The notes below the pieces were generated by a model that worked only from the letters and a program-made list of their open reading frames with translations, did no database searches and was not told the origin of the DNA. A DNA stretch of 64,000 bases from the human T2T-CHM13v2.0 reference genome, Homo sapiens: the NCBI RefSeq assembly GCF_009914755.1, contig NC_060945.1, one strand, 5' to 3'. Positions 30,656 through 46,008 of the stretch are shown here, in pieces (within the stretch, counting starts at the first letter, position 1; every line of letters starts with the position of its first letter). The translations under genes and the position numbers were made by a program.

Positions 30656-33429
30656 GGCATATCTTTTTCTGCTTTGTAACTTAAATCTCTCTGTGTCCTT
30701 TACTTTGATTTGCAGCTCTTGTAAACAGTATATGGTTGTGTTTATTTTTAATCAAGGCTGACCATCTTTGATCTTTATTCTTAGTATTTAGTTCATATTT
30801 AGATGATTAATGATATATTTTGCATTCATGTCTTCCTTTCTAATTTTTTTATTTTACTTATCCCTTTTTATTTCTCTCCCCATTTTTTATTTTGCGCTAA
30901 TAAAAATTCTATTTTTTTATCTTTACAAACTATAAAAGTATTTAAAATGTTAAGGGTTAAACTAGAGATTATATCCTGCATCTTTGATTTATTATTACTT
31001 TTTCAAAATAGTTTTATTCTGAAATTTAACCAATCACTTGTTAATTCTCAGTTGTTTGCTTTTAATACAGTTTTGTTTCCAGAATATTTTCCACTTCACA
31101 AATGCTTTAAGATTTAATTATCAATATTCAAAATTAGTAATAGCCAGAGACCAGAAATCAAACTCCCCTCTGAGCCTTCCTTCAGAAGTTTGGAAGAAAA
31201 ATAATTGTTTTACTAGAAAATGATCTTTGGAGTAAAAGCAGGGAAAGAAGGGCTAGGACTGACAAAGACCAAGGCCATAAAAAGGTATTTGTTTTGAAAT
31301 TCAGACATAGCTAATTCCAACTAGCTTCTAGAAGTTTAAAAAAAATCATCTAAACAAAGAAAACCCAGAGAAGGGAATCAGAAATATTTTAAAATTTTTA
31401 GCTTAATTGATCCTATTCTTGATACATTCTGAGCTTACCACAACAGTTTCTTACTTTTCCTTATTTATAGGTTATCCTTTTCAACACCCTGCATGCACTA
31501 AATACTGCTTCTTCAATAATGTCTTTGCCATTTCTACTTACTACACCAGTGATATTTTCAAAATACTCATTTTTCTATTTTCCTAAAAATAATTCATGTG
31601 CAGTATCTACTTTAATTGAATTTTGTAAATTTCTAATTGCATATATCTTATCAATCAATGATATAATGTACTGTGTCAAAATTACTAATCATCCTGAATT
31701 TATCTAGAATGGGAATTCCAAAATTTTCCAACCCAGAATAGTGGCAAAGGGGACATTCCCTCTAATAGCTGTGGTGGTGATCGTGGTGGTAGATGCTTGT
31801 TTTCTAAAATTTAATATTGAATAACCGGCCTCTTATCATTTTAGTTTTACATTTTTGCGTTTAATAATATTTAAAAGATTTCCTTTAAAATGAAAATGTG
31901 GTTGCAAAACAAGAACTACTTACTAATAATTTACAAAATATTTTGTAATAAATTACAAAATAATTTTAGGATCTCACAATATCAACCATACTAAGATTTC
32001 AAGCTGCGTTTTCAGCAAATTAGGGTAAAAATGATTCAAAATTCTAAATGCTATCTTAGATTAAAACTTGAATACAACTGCATTTCTGTGTCAGGTACTA
32101 ATTTTATCTCTGAACTCCTGTCCCTGACTGTGCCAATTATGTCTTTTGTACTTATTATAGATCTATAGAAAAATTGCCTAATACATTCAGATAACACAAA
32201 ATTCCTGTAATTTTTTAAAATAAAATTGTGTGCACTTTGCATCTTTTGTAAGTTGAGGTTAAAGTATGATAATATCTGTAATTGGCATATGAAAGCAAGT
32301 GAATTAAAGCATTTATTTCTTTCCAATTACAAATTAAAAATGGCTTCCCATGGAAAAATAATAAACAATATGATATAGCAAAAAAACTGAAAGTTGTATT
32401 GACTGTGAAAGAATTAAATTTGCTTTTACAGGACATTTATTGTATATTTAACTGAAGATATTAAACCAAACACATTAAGTTAGAAAAGACCACAAGGACT
32501 TTAAAGAGGTTGCAAATTTTAGCAAAATATTTAGATGTAAAGCCTGTTTCTTTCAACATTAATAAATTGTCATGTTTCAAAAACTTTATTTAGTTTTGCT
32601 CTGCAAGTATTGGCACAAGTTTTTCATAACTTATCTAAGATATAAATATGAATTATTAGTCAAAATGAGAATTAAAATTCATAGCATTCCACTGACATGA
32701 CCAAATACTATATTTGAATCCATAACGTACCACTGAAATGGCCAAATATTACATTTTATAAGACTATAACTTACATTGTTTTTTAAAATAACTATGAAAG
32801 TAACTACTATCTTAAAGGGGGTATTTTTACTAGAATATTATTACATATCCTGGTAAAGATCTCCCCAACTTTTTTCATTATTTCCCACTACAATGTTCTT
32901 CCCTATGTTCACAATATAAAGAATAGCAGGTAAATGCTAACAGATGTCATCAAAAAACAAGAAAAAGAAAAATTTCGGCCCTATTGCTTTAGGTAAAGCT
33001 ACAAAGGTAGCATTTGATTGTTATTCTCATGATAAAGACATTAGGACAGGCTACATATTAGCAAGAGAAATTATTTCCATCACATAAATCTGTGACATAA
33101 ACACTATTTATAAGGTGTAGGAAATTCTGCATATGTTTAATTACTTTTATCCCGAGGCCTCAGTTCACCAATTGTCTTAATTTTCAGCCTAGACGAATTA
33201 TGCTTGTTTGTTCTAAATTTCATTCAGTTTTGGGCAGGATGTTTTGATCTTCCCCAGAAAAATTAAAAATTGAAAAATAACACTTGTCTTTCTATAACAG
33301 TACAATTCCAATTCCTTCCATTTCAATGAATCTCTGATTGGAACCTCAGGGTGGAATTTGCAGCATCCAATTCTGGATGTCTTTCTCATATATGGGATTT
33401 TTTTATTGTTTTGGAGAAAAAAAAATCTG

Positions 33430-33833
<404 letters not shown>

Positions 33834-34689
33834 CTAACTTTTACAAACAATAAAAAATGAAAGTTTGCATCTTTTGGCACAAGAGGTCTCACTGTACTTA
33901 AGCTTTTAGAGACATCTGAATGTATTACAAGGAAACTGTGCTTTATAATAGATGAAGAGGTAGTTTGTTATCCTGTAAGTTTACAAATGTTTACAGACAT
34001 GTAAAGGTTCCTTTATGCTTGAGAATTCAAAGTTGTCCAAGGAAACATATGAGTTTTCTGTCTTCCTTTATTCTAATAAAACAGGGACAAGAAGAAAAAT
34101 GTAGTATAAGGATATTGAACTTATTATTTTTAAAGACTTTTAAGAGTCCATAATTGTAGCATTTGCCTAATCACAATGGCCTTGTTTCTTCTGCTTGTTT
34201 GTTTTGCAAGTGAATAATCAAGTAAAGATGGTTATTGGTCTGCTCATTGTGTAATATATTTTGTAATTTAGGACTTTTAAAAATCTTTACTGAGAACTAT
34301 AATTGTGTATGCATGAACTGAAAACCACAAATTAAGCTGCTGCTTTTATTTTGACGTGACATAGAAATTCAGAGTATAATATGGGGACTGGGGCTTCGTT
34401 TCTCCAATCTAGAGTTATCACTTATGTCTCTTCTGGGATAAGCTATTTCATATAGAAATCAGTTTAACAAAAGTATCTTTCTGATGTCACTTCTGGAGAG
34501 ACTCACCCACATATGTGGGGTTCTTCCTTCAGTCAGTAACTCTGACATTATTTTCCTGAGTATTAAAGTTCATTACAATTCCAATCTCTCTCTCTCTCTG
34601 TGTCTCTCTCCCTCTAATTTAATCTCTTCTTGTCCTTATATAATATAACTTAGTATAATATAAAATTCTCTATTTAAAGTTTGTAGACT

Positions 34690-34890
34690 TTAGGAAGACC
34701 TTGTTTGAAACCTCATTCTACAATTATTAGATAAGTGTTATAGAGAAAGATCTGACTTTTGTTTTCTCATCTGTGAAACCAAAATACAGGACATGACATA
34801 CGAGTTTGTTGTGAGGAAGGAGATGTTCAATGCATTGTCCCTAGCATGATACCTAAAAACAAGAACTGGTTAATGAATAATGTATTCATC
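34690..34890 (+). mobile_element. MIR
   Basis: GTTTTCTCATCTGTGAAA...GTTTGTTGTGAGGA...CTAGCATGATACCT. Confidence 0.6.
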
Positions 34891-35439
34891 ATTAACCTCC
34901 TTGTCTTATATTTTAATCACAGAAAACTTGTTATACCTATGTTATATGGTGTAGAAATTGTAATGAAGTGGTATAAAATATGGTAAGAGAGACACTTAAA
35001 TTTTTTAGATAAATGTTTTGCAGTAAAGCTTTTCATATTCAAAGACCTAGAATCTAGTTTTGTTATTTAATGAATGACACATTTTCCAATTAATTTGAGA
35101 AGACATCAGTTTAAGCCTCTAAGTAGCAAGACATCCTTTAACCCTTTACGACAGAATTTTGAAATTAAAGATCAGTTTGTTGCTAGAATATGTTTTCCCA
35201 ATTTTTAAAAAGACTAGAATAGTGATAAAAAGAAGAATGAAAAGGATTTAATTACCTTTATTTTACACTGTAGGGGGTGTGCAAAGAACTAAAAACATAG
35301 GGAAGAAGAAGTAAGAGGAGTTAATAAAAATAGTTTTCAAAGTAAAATTAGGGGTTATGCCTCAGTCAAAGAAAAATTTCAAAAATGAGTATAAAAGTGT
35401 CAGATACTAAGCCCTGGAGAAAATAAATTTACTATCAAC

Positions 35440-36295
35440 AAATTCCACCTGTATTTTATGGATGATCAAACTGATGTTTAGAGTTTAAGTTGCTTGCACA
35501 AAGTGATAATAGTAGGTAATAGCAGAGCTAGATCTATAACTCAGATCCCTTAATATGTTGTCCTTTTTTTTTTTTTTTTTGGCATGGGCAAGGACTTCAT
35601 GCCTAAAACACCAAAAGCAATGGCAACAAAAGCTGAAATTGACAAATGGGATCTAATTAAACTAAAGAGCTTCTGCACAGCAAAAGAAACTACCATCAGA
35701 GTGAACAGGCAACCCACAAAATGGGAGAAAATTTTCGCAACCTACTTATCTGACGAAGGGCTAATATCCAGAACCTACAATGAACTCAAACAAATTTACA
35801 AGAAAAAAACAAACAACCCCATCAAAAAGTGGGCGAAGGACATGAACAGACACTTCTCAAAAGAAGACATTTATGCAGCCAAAAAACACATGAAAAAATG
35901 CTCACCATCACTGGCCATCAGAGAAATGCAAATCAAAACCACAATGAGATACCATCTCACACCAGTTAGAATGGCAATCATTAAAAAGTCAGGAAACAAC
36001 AGGTGCTGGAGGGGATGTGGAGAAATAGGAACACTTTTACACTGCTGGTGGGACTGTAAACTAGTTCAACCATTGTGGAAGACAGTGTGGCGATTCCTCA
36101 GGGATCTAGAACTAGAAATACCATTTGACCCAGCCATCCCATTACTGGGTATATACCCAAAGGACTATAAATCATGCTGCTATAAAGACACATGCACACG
36201 AATGTTTATTGCGGCACAATTCACAATAGCAAAGACTTGGAACCAACCCAAATGTCCAACAGTATGTTGTCTTTTTTCTCCTGCTCCATCATGAC
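35440..36295 (-). mobile_element. MIR (35440-35560 and 36270-36295), split by the young L1
   Basis: ATTTTATGGATGATCAAACTGATG...TTGCACAAAGTGA...AATAGCAGAGCTAG. Confidence 0.55.
35552..36277 (-). mobile_element. Young twin-primed L1 (L1PA2/3-like): poly(T)17 plus inverted ORF2 C-terminal segment 35581-36260 (+)
   Basis: TSD AATATGTTGTCCTTTTT (35552-35568) / AGTATGTTGTCTTTTTT (36261-36277). Uninterrupted ORF2 frame (ORF track 35584-36294) including [18 protein letters not shown]. Confidence 0.92.
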
Positions 36296-36390
36296 ACTAA
36301 TAGCAAAAGCCACTAAACCAGCCACTCACTGCTCTCGGTGCTAAAACAACAATCCAAGTTCAAGAAGTATAGACTGAAATAATACAGTAT

Positions 36391-36680
36391 CAGTCATTTC
36401 TCAAACTATGTTCCAAATAAAAGCAGGTCCTATGAAAGCCTTAATGGAAAGCAACAAGAGTGGCTTTGGATTCTAAAATATTTAGAAAACTCAAGTATTC
36501 CTCTCCACTACGTGCATTTAGTGTGTTAAGGGAGCAGAGACATCCTAAAGTAAATAAAACCATTCAAATTGTTATCACTCCTTGGTTATTATAATTAACA
36601 CATTTTTGTTTATGTTCATGCAAATATTGAATAAACAAACTAGACATTATTCTATTAAAGAATATGCTTTGAATAATGGA
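36391..36680. mobile_element. MER103C-like hAT-Charlie element
   Basis: CAGTCATTTCTCAAACTATGTTCC start; GTGCATTTAGTGTGTTAAGGGAGCAGAGACATCCTAAAGTAAA internal; diverged. Confidence 0.55.
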
Positions 36681-37227
36681 GCTCTTTGTCAATTTCCCAT
36701 GATTTGCGAGAACCAAACAAGAGCTCAGATTCAGAGACGATTATCATTTCTCTGACTTCCAGTCCTAATAATGATTTCCTTCCACATTTAGAGTTTTCCT
36801 TGAACCCATAAACTAGAATATTAGGGCCCTAGACTTTAATTTAATTTACTGAAATAATTTTATTGCAAATATTCATGTGATTTATTATGAATAAGATGCA
36901 CCATCTTGAAACCATTTAACAAGTCAGGCTTAAAGCACCTGTGTCGTGATTTGTATATTATATTTAGAGGCAACATTTTAAAGCAAGTCTGTGGGGACTT
37001 ATAAATGTTAGAACCTCCCAGCCGAGCCATAAAACTAATCTTCACTGATTTTTAAAATGTATTTTCTATTTGAACCGTTAGTATATAGAGTTTATTTTCA
37101 CATGGCACAGTTTATCTGAGTATTTTCGGGTGTCTCTCAGATCACAGTGTAATAATTCAACATCACTTAAATACAGCCCCTCTAGTGTACTGAAGGTGAT
37201 GTTACTTTTGGCTTAACTAGATTTTTG

Positions 37228-37335
37228 GTGCAGTGGAATAAATCTTAAATTTAAAATCAGGACACTGTGGTTCAAGTCCTTGCTAGGTCGAGCATCAATT
37301 AATGACTTAATGTCTCAGTTTATCATCAGTTAACG
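37228..37335 (+). mobile_element. MIR fragment
   Basis: GTGCAGTGGAATAAA...AATCAGGACACTGTGGTTCAAGTCC...TCTCAGTTTATCATC. Confidence 0.55.
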
Positions 37336-37619
37336 CTTTACAAACTCACTAAGTAATGAGTATCAAACAGATTTAATATGTAAAAGTTCTAATTCTCCAA
37401 CAAACATAAGTTGGCATTTTCATTATAATTTTGTGTAGACATGACCCTTCCATGTTCTGTGAATACCCTGAGAGAAACTCTAACTTTTTTGAGCAACCTA
37501 ATCCCATATTTATTGCCAGAATCTGAAGGGATACTAAAAATACCAACAAAAATGAGTTAGAAATGAAACAAGAAGAGTGATTAAAGCACATTTCCCAGGA
37601 CACATGCTTGAAAAGAACA

Positions 37620-37700
37620 ATTTCCTGTTAACACTTGTATGTCCACCTGAAACCAAATGTAACTGCATCCATAAGTGCTCAGTGAATTTCTGTTGAACTG
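37620..37700 (+). mobile_element. L2 3' end fragment
   Basis: ATAAGTGCTCAGTGAATTTCTGTTGAACTG terminus. Confidence 0.45.
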
Positions 37701-37928
37701 GGCTGTAGAAGGAATGTTGATAACAAGCTTTCAAAATACTTTAAAATTAACAACCTCAGTGACAGCCTTTTCTTTCTGATATTTACTACATTCTTTTAGG
37801 TTTAGGTTACCTGTTCCTTTTTCACTTATATAGGTTTCATTAAAGGAGTATAAAACATTATAAAAGCTTTATAGAGTCTTTGTCATTTTAAAGGAATTAC
37901 ATATATACAAGTTTGATGATTTGTATGT

Positions 37929-38108
37929 TATTCTCTTGCCTCACCCTCCTGTGTACCTGGAATTGTGCCTGGCTAATTTTTGTATTTTTAGTAGAGACAG
38001 GATTTCACCAAGTTGGCCAGGATGGTCTCAAACTTCTGACCTCAAGTGATCCACTCACCTAGGCCTCCCAAAGTACTGGGATTACAGGCATGAGCCACAG
38101 TGCCCAGC
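37929..38108 (-). mobile_element. Partial AluS (Sz/Sx-like) lacking the 3' ~100 bp and A-tail
   Basis: Left arm, linker and part of the right arm in antisense, with an internal deletion; no poly(T). Confidence 0.88.
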
Positions 38109-38229
38109 AGAGATCATAGATATTAAGGATCTGATCATTTCTGAGGAGTCATAAAGTATCATCTCCATGTAGATAGATTTATTCAAATACAAGTAAAATA
38201 TATTTTACCTAGTGGAAAAATGGCCTATG

Positions 38230-38434
38230 TATACGTTGTCCAATATGTTAGTAGTTATGTGTGATTATTAAATTAAATTATTGAAAATTAAATAAAATGT
38301 AAAAATCAATTTCTCAGTTGCACAAATGACATCTCAAGCACTCAATAGCTATATATGGCTAGTGGCTACTGTATTGGAGAGGATCAATTATAGAACAGTT
38401 CTGTCACTGCAGAAAGCTCTATTAGATAGTGGTG
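38230..38434 (-). mobile_element. MER3 (hAT-Charlie)
   Basis: CTCAATAGCTATATATGGCTAGTGGCTACTGTATTGGA...TAGAACAGTTCTGTCACTGCAGAAAGCTCTATTAGA. Confidence 0.8.
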
Positions 38435-38809
38435 GTCTTGTTAGAAAAAAACATACATCACTTTCATTTAGTAATCAGGTGGTAGATTCTAATATTCTAG
38501 TATAGAAACAGTTTTAAAATTTTTATCATTTAAATTTCTACTCATTCATTAATACTATACATTGTGCATTGTGGTGGAGAAAAGGAAGAGAAAAGTGGGA
38601 CGTAGTGATATTATGATATATAAATCCAATAACCTCCATTCATCTTTATGCGCATGAAATAAAGTATGTGTTGTATACCTGGGATACTAATAAAATTTTC
38701 TAAAAATCTATGGCTTTTGTTAAAAAAATATCTAGAGAAGTGGTTAGGACAATACTGTCACTTAATAAACACTTCTGTCTCTTTAATTTTTAAAACAAAC
38801 AAAAAAAAC

Positions 38810-41440
<2,631 letters not shown>

Positions 41441-44400
41441 TGAAAACGAAATGCCCTTAAGATGGCATGAAAAAAATAAAAACAATGAAACTAATATCAC
41501 ATACATGACAGTATAAGGATCAAATATTCATTCTATAAAAGTGCTTTTCTTCTATGTGATTTGCTACATTTTCATACTGTTTGTGCATTAAGCTTATGGT
41601 TAGAAAAACAAAATAATTTAAACTAATGTAAAAGGATTATGTATTATTCTTACTAAAATTGATTTAATGACCTAAAACATCCTTCTTTACTTGAGATTTT
41701 TCTTTATTAGTTTCAGCATTTTATCTAAACCTAGTATCTGCTCCATTATTAAACTGCTTGATGTAGCTTATATCTAACTACCTAAAGACACTTTCATACT
41801 TAGAAATTCTCTTTTCAAAATGCAAGACACTGAGGTTGTACAGTAATTTCAATCTGGCTGCTCATTGCCACATTTATGAAGATTTCAGCACTATTTTTAT
41901 TAGTATGTCCTGGCCTGCTAAAATAGCTAGGCAAATTTTTCTTGATATTTGAGATGATGACATGCTTTCCGTTCTCCTGGTTTAGGTGAAAAAGTAAAGG
42001 GCAGTAGAAAAGGCATAGCGATTATCCTGTTGTCTGTATGCGCGCACACACACACATTACATATGTAAAATATTTTTTTCTTTTTTATGTTTAATGTGTT
42101 ACAACCTTGGAGGACTGAATGTATTTTTCTCCTGTCTTGTCAGTGTCTAGTTATCCTAGTGTTATTACAATGAATAACACTTAAGTCACTAGCCTATTGA
42201 AATCATCGTTCAACATAGTTTTAACAAATCCTTGAAAAATAGTGACCTTAATCGTTGGATGAATTGCTAACTTTAAACTCAAATTGTTTTCATAAGAACA
42301 CTTGCTGGGTTTGTTGAGTGTTCTGCTTTCACATCACTGGCATCTTAACTTTCTGCAATTGGAAATTATGTGGGTAGGTGATGCATCGCCCTTGTCACCT
42401 CTATCCACACTGAGGTTTTTCTTCTCATGTTATCATTTGTCTTCATTCTTCAAGACAGTTCTTTATCCAAGTAGCTGTCTTTCACTTCTCTCCATAACGG
42501 TTGACCTTGTAGATTTAGTTTTCAATCTGGTCATTTAGGAAACGATTCGTACTGTAGGAAAATTATGTCCCCAATTTTCTCTGACAACTGTATTATTTTA
42601 TCAAGCAAAGCACTATCAGGTTTGTCAGATGTGCCCGTCTTCCTGTGATTCAGGCTGACTTTCTTTAAACGATTTATCACTCTCTGAATGATCTGTGTTC
42701 TCAACTCTGATCAGCATTTCCTGTTATTTTCAGTGTACCTAAATTCTGACAGAAAATAAAGCTTTCAATTTCTTTCTAATTGAAAATACTAGATTTTTCT
42801 CAAATAATGTGTTTCTCATATCTCTTGAATTTGTTATTGGAATAACTCTATGTTTTGTTGGCAAAGGGCTTCAGAGTGGATAACACGGTTTCACGTGCAT
42901 TATCTCATTGAGATTTACACTTTTTATATGGGTTACAAGACAGTAGTAAAGGAGGTCTTCAGTTTTGTTAAAAGATGATTTTCAAAAAAAGTCAAAATAA
43001 TTTTCAGAAAAAAATACGTAAAATGAACCCGTGTTAAAAATGTTATTCAATTTAATGAAGACATCACTCTTATATTTTGGTTAACTTAAACACTTATATT
43101 TGGTTCAAAAGAGCAACCAAAAGGTAGAAACATTTATAGATTGGGAATATTGAAATGAATTTGTACATAAAGGCAAAGTTGAGTTTTCCACAAAGTGGAA
43201 GAGAAAATTCGAACCTCAACTAGAATCAGCAGAATTTGCATGTTAACTGGCTGTGTACAAATTAGTTATAAAAGAGCTCAAAGACGCGAAAAACTAGAAT
43301 CAGATGACTCAGAAAGGTAAGCTGTAGGTTATTCAAAAAAATATAAAAAACAGTTTTTATAAATTAAAAAGTTGTTCTACAGTTTTTATAAATTAAAGAG
43401 CAATATTTGATAATAATAGTAACTTTCAATTACAGGCATATGGGTATTAATCAAAACAACTACTAATATAGAGTGAATTAAATTTATTGTAAGTTTTTAG
43501 GTCCAAATAAGGTATAAAACAGCCTATAAGTTTTATTTTATTTTATTTTTTCATGAACAGAATTCATGTCCACAATGCGAGTCTAGAAAATGCTCAAGGT
43601 AAGAGCTTTATAAATCATATGCTATGGCATCCTGATGTGTTCCAAATAGGCAAACAGGAGGGCCATGAGAAATTGGTACCCAGAATCTACAGGACACCCT
43701 GGTAGAGCCTAGGGGCAGGCAAAGATGATAGGCTGGTCACCACTAATAACAAGCAATCTACTTTGGGAATCAGAGTGACTCAAAAGAAGCAAAATCTGAG
43801 GTTGCATCCCACGGACCTTGCAGGTGATGCATACGACAGTGTGTGCCTGTGGCTAAGAACTTGCACAATGCTTGCATCTTTTTCAGCAGCTAGTTGCAAC
43901 ACTTGACTCTACCCTTTATAAATAAGAGGCCTATGGAGCTGTGGAGGAGAAGCTGGGGCCCAGGTGCCTAGGCAGTACAGTACGGAACTAAAGGTACAGA
44001 GGGTAGGAGTTGGGGATAGAGGTGGGAAGACAGAAGGGCTAAAACAAATGGTGACCTGAAGTCTGTGTCTTCATATATGTAAGACTTCTCTTCATTTGCA
44101 GCTATTATATTTTTAAGTGGTACACAGTTTAGCATCATGATTATTTCCTTATTACAACATACTCGTTGTTCCTTGTTAATTGCAAAGTTTTGATTTGTAA
44201 AAGTTTGCTTTGATTTGAAAATACTTCAAGTTACATAAAACATTCAAATATGTCTTTAGTGTAGAAGAAAAAGGGAAAAGCTATGAATTGTGTGAATATA
44301 ATTACAAATATTTTACATGGTTCAAAAATATTTCTTGTCAATAGGAATTGTTAAATCACTTCACTGATATATGTCCACTTCACGTGACATTATTAGATCT

Positions 44401-44479
44401 GATTCTTGGATCAATGAGGGTCTGATACATACATTCATCTGTTATGAAAACCTATTACTTTTATTAGTATACACCATGG

Positions 44480-44700
44480 AATTATAGTGAAGAGTATAGA
44501 CAGAATCTTTCGTCTATAATTTATATCTGTGTGACCCTTGGCAAAACATTTAATATTTATAAGACAGATTTCTCATATGTAAAATGAGAATTAAAATAAT
44601 ACCTGCTTTATAAATTTGTTATGACAATTGAATAAGTAATCCATGTAAAGCACAAGGTAAAGCTTGAAAAACTCTTTGCTCTATGAATTAGATATTTCAT
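44480..44700 (+). mobile_element. MIR
   Basis: CTGTGTGACCCTTGGCAAA...TTTCTCATATGTAAAATGAGAATTAAAATAATACCTGC...CCATGTAAAGCAC. Confidence 0.75.
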
Positions 44701-45052
44701 TTACTTACTTATTTTGTAAATCTCATCTGCTTCAGGGACATGAAGGAGAAGATAGCATTTTACAGACTCCTATGAAAGGACACCTTTTAATCTCTCTCCC
44801 CATTACACTTAGGTGAGTAGTTGATATGAAGATGGACAAAATTAAAATTTAAAAATGTTTGAATAGCTATTTGACAATCATGATATGTAATACACTCACT
44901 ATAATTAAAAAACACACTCTGTAATAAACTGCCAAAATGTTTATTATGAATAATAAAAAGTAACAGAGACACTGATCAATTCCTATTGCTACCAAATCTT
45001 TCTGAAGAGGGAAATGACAAATTTCTGAAATCTCTTCACTTCTAATGCTTTA

Positions 45053-46008
45053 AAATTGAGCTTTAAAAAAAAGTTTTGGCTGGGTGATGTGGCTCACATC
45101 TGTAATCCCAGCACTTTGGGAAGATGAGGCAGGAGAATCTCTTGACCTCAGGAGTTCAAGTTTACAGTGAGCTGTGATCATGCTACTGCACTCCAGCTTG
45201 GAGGTATAATTGGTACACAAGGAACCAAACCTATCAATGTGTACAATTTGATGAGTTTGAACATATGTAAACACCCATGATATCATTACCACAGTCAAGG
45301 TAACAGACATACACAAACCTCCCAATGTTTCCTTTTATCTCTTTGCTTGGGTGTGTGTGTGTTAAGAACACTTAATATGAGATCTAATTTCCTAACAAAT
45401 TACGACGTGCATAGTACCAAACTGTTAACTATAAGTGCTGTTTATGCAGCAGATCTCTAAAACTCATTTGTCCAGCATAACTAAGACTTTATACCCTTTG
45501 AATAATAACCCCTCATTTTTCCCACTTGCCAGCCCCTGCAACTGCTGTTGCTTCAATGAGTTTGACTATTTTAAATATCACATATAAGTAGAATCAAGCA
45601 ATATTAAGTGTGGGCAAGGTGAGGTAACAGAGAAATTGGAACTCTTGTAGAACGTTGGTGATGGGAATGTAAAATGGTGCAGTTGCTATGAAAACAGTAT
45701 GAAAATTCCTCAAAATATTTAAAATAAAATGACTATGTATTCCAGCAATCCCACTTCTAGGTATCTATCTGAAAGAATTAAGATTTGGACTGAAAGAGAT
45801 AATCTGCACTTCCATATTCATTCCAGAACTTTTCACAATAGCCAAGATTTAGAAACAAACCAACTGTCCATCTGCAGATAAATGGATTTTTAAAAAATGT
45901 GGTATATACATAAAATGGAATATTATTCAGTTTTTAAAAAGAAGGAAATCCAGCCATTTGCCCCAACGTGGATGAAACTGAAGGATATTTGCTAAATAAA
46001 CTGAGCTT
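45053..46008 (-). mobile_element. Twin-primed L1MA10-like insertion: 3'UTR (-) at 45201-45605, inverted ORF2 3' segment (+) at 45606-46000
   Basis: Strand switch at 45605/45606; the two arms are near-adjacent in the L1 consensus. Candidate TSD AAATTGAGCTT (45053-45063) / AAACTGAGCTT (45998-46008). Confidence 0.8.
45078..45201 (+). mobile_element. Alu monomer (FRAM / AluJ-like hybrid), 3'-truncated, sitting in the L1MA10 tail
   Basis: Left-arm-type start GGCTCACATCTGTAATCCCAGCACTTTGGG runs into right-arm-type CAGTGAGCTGTGATCATGCTACTGCACTCCAGC; no tail. Confidence 0.8.

Larger units (their letters stand above)
27030..31080 (-). mobile_element. Fragmented ancient L1ME-type element (about 27030-27086, 27714-29030, 29660-30210, 30660-31080)
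   Basis: AGTTTTGCCTATTTTTGAACTTTATAT, TTCTTCAAGATGGCCTTGATTATCCTTGGCC and GTTTCCTTCTATCCCAGTTTGCTAAGAGTTT are antisense L1M 3'UTR/ORF2; interrupted by MLT1E, (AC)n and MER31. Confidence 0.7.

Noticed and set aside
35584-36294. 236-aa ORF as a domesticated gene
   Set aside because: Near-identical to the L1 ORF2 C-terminus; openness is explained by young age, and no promoter or splice context is visible.
41441-41490. Possible 3' transduction after L1PA8 (unique ~30 bp then a second A-rich tract)
   Set aside because: The TSD cannot be placed unambiguously in the A-rich flanks, so the element end is undetermined.
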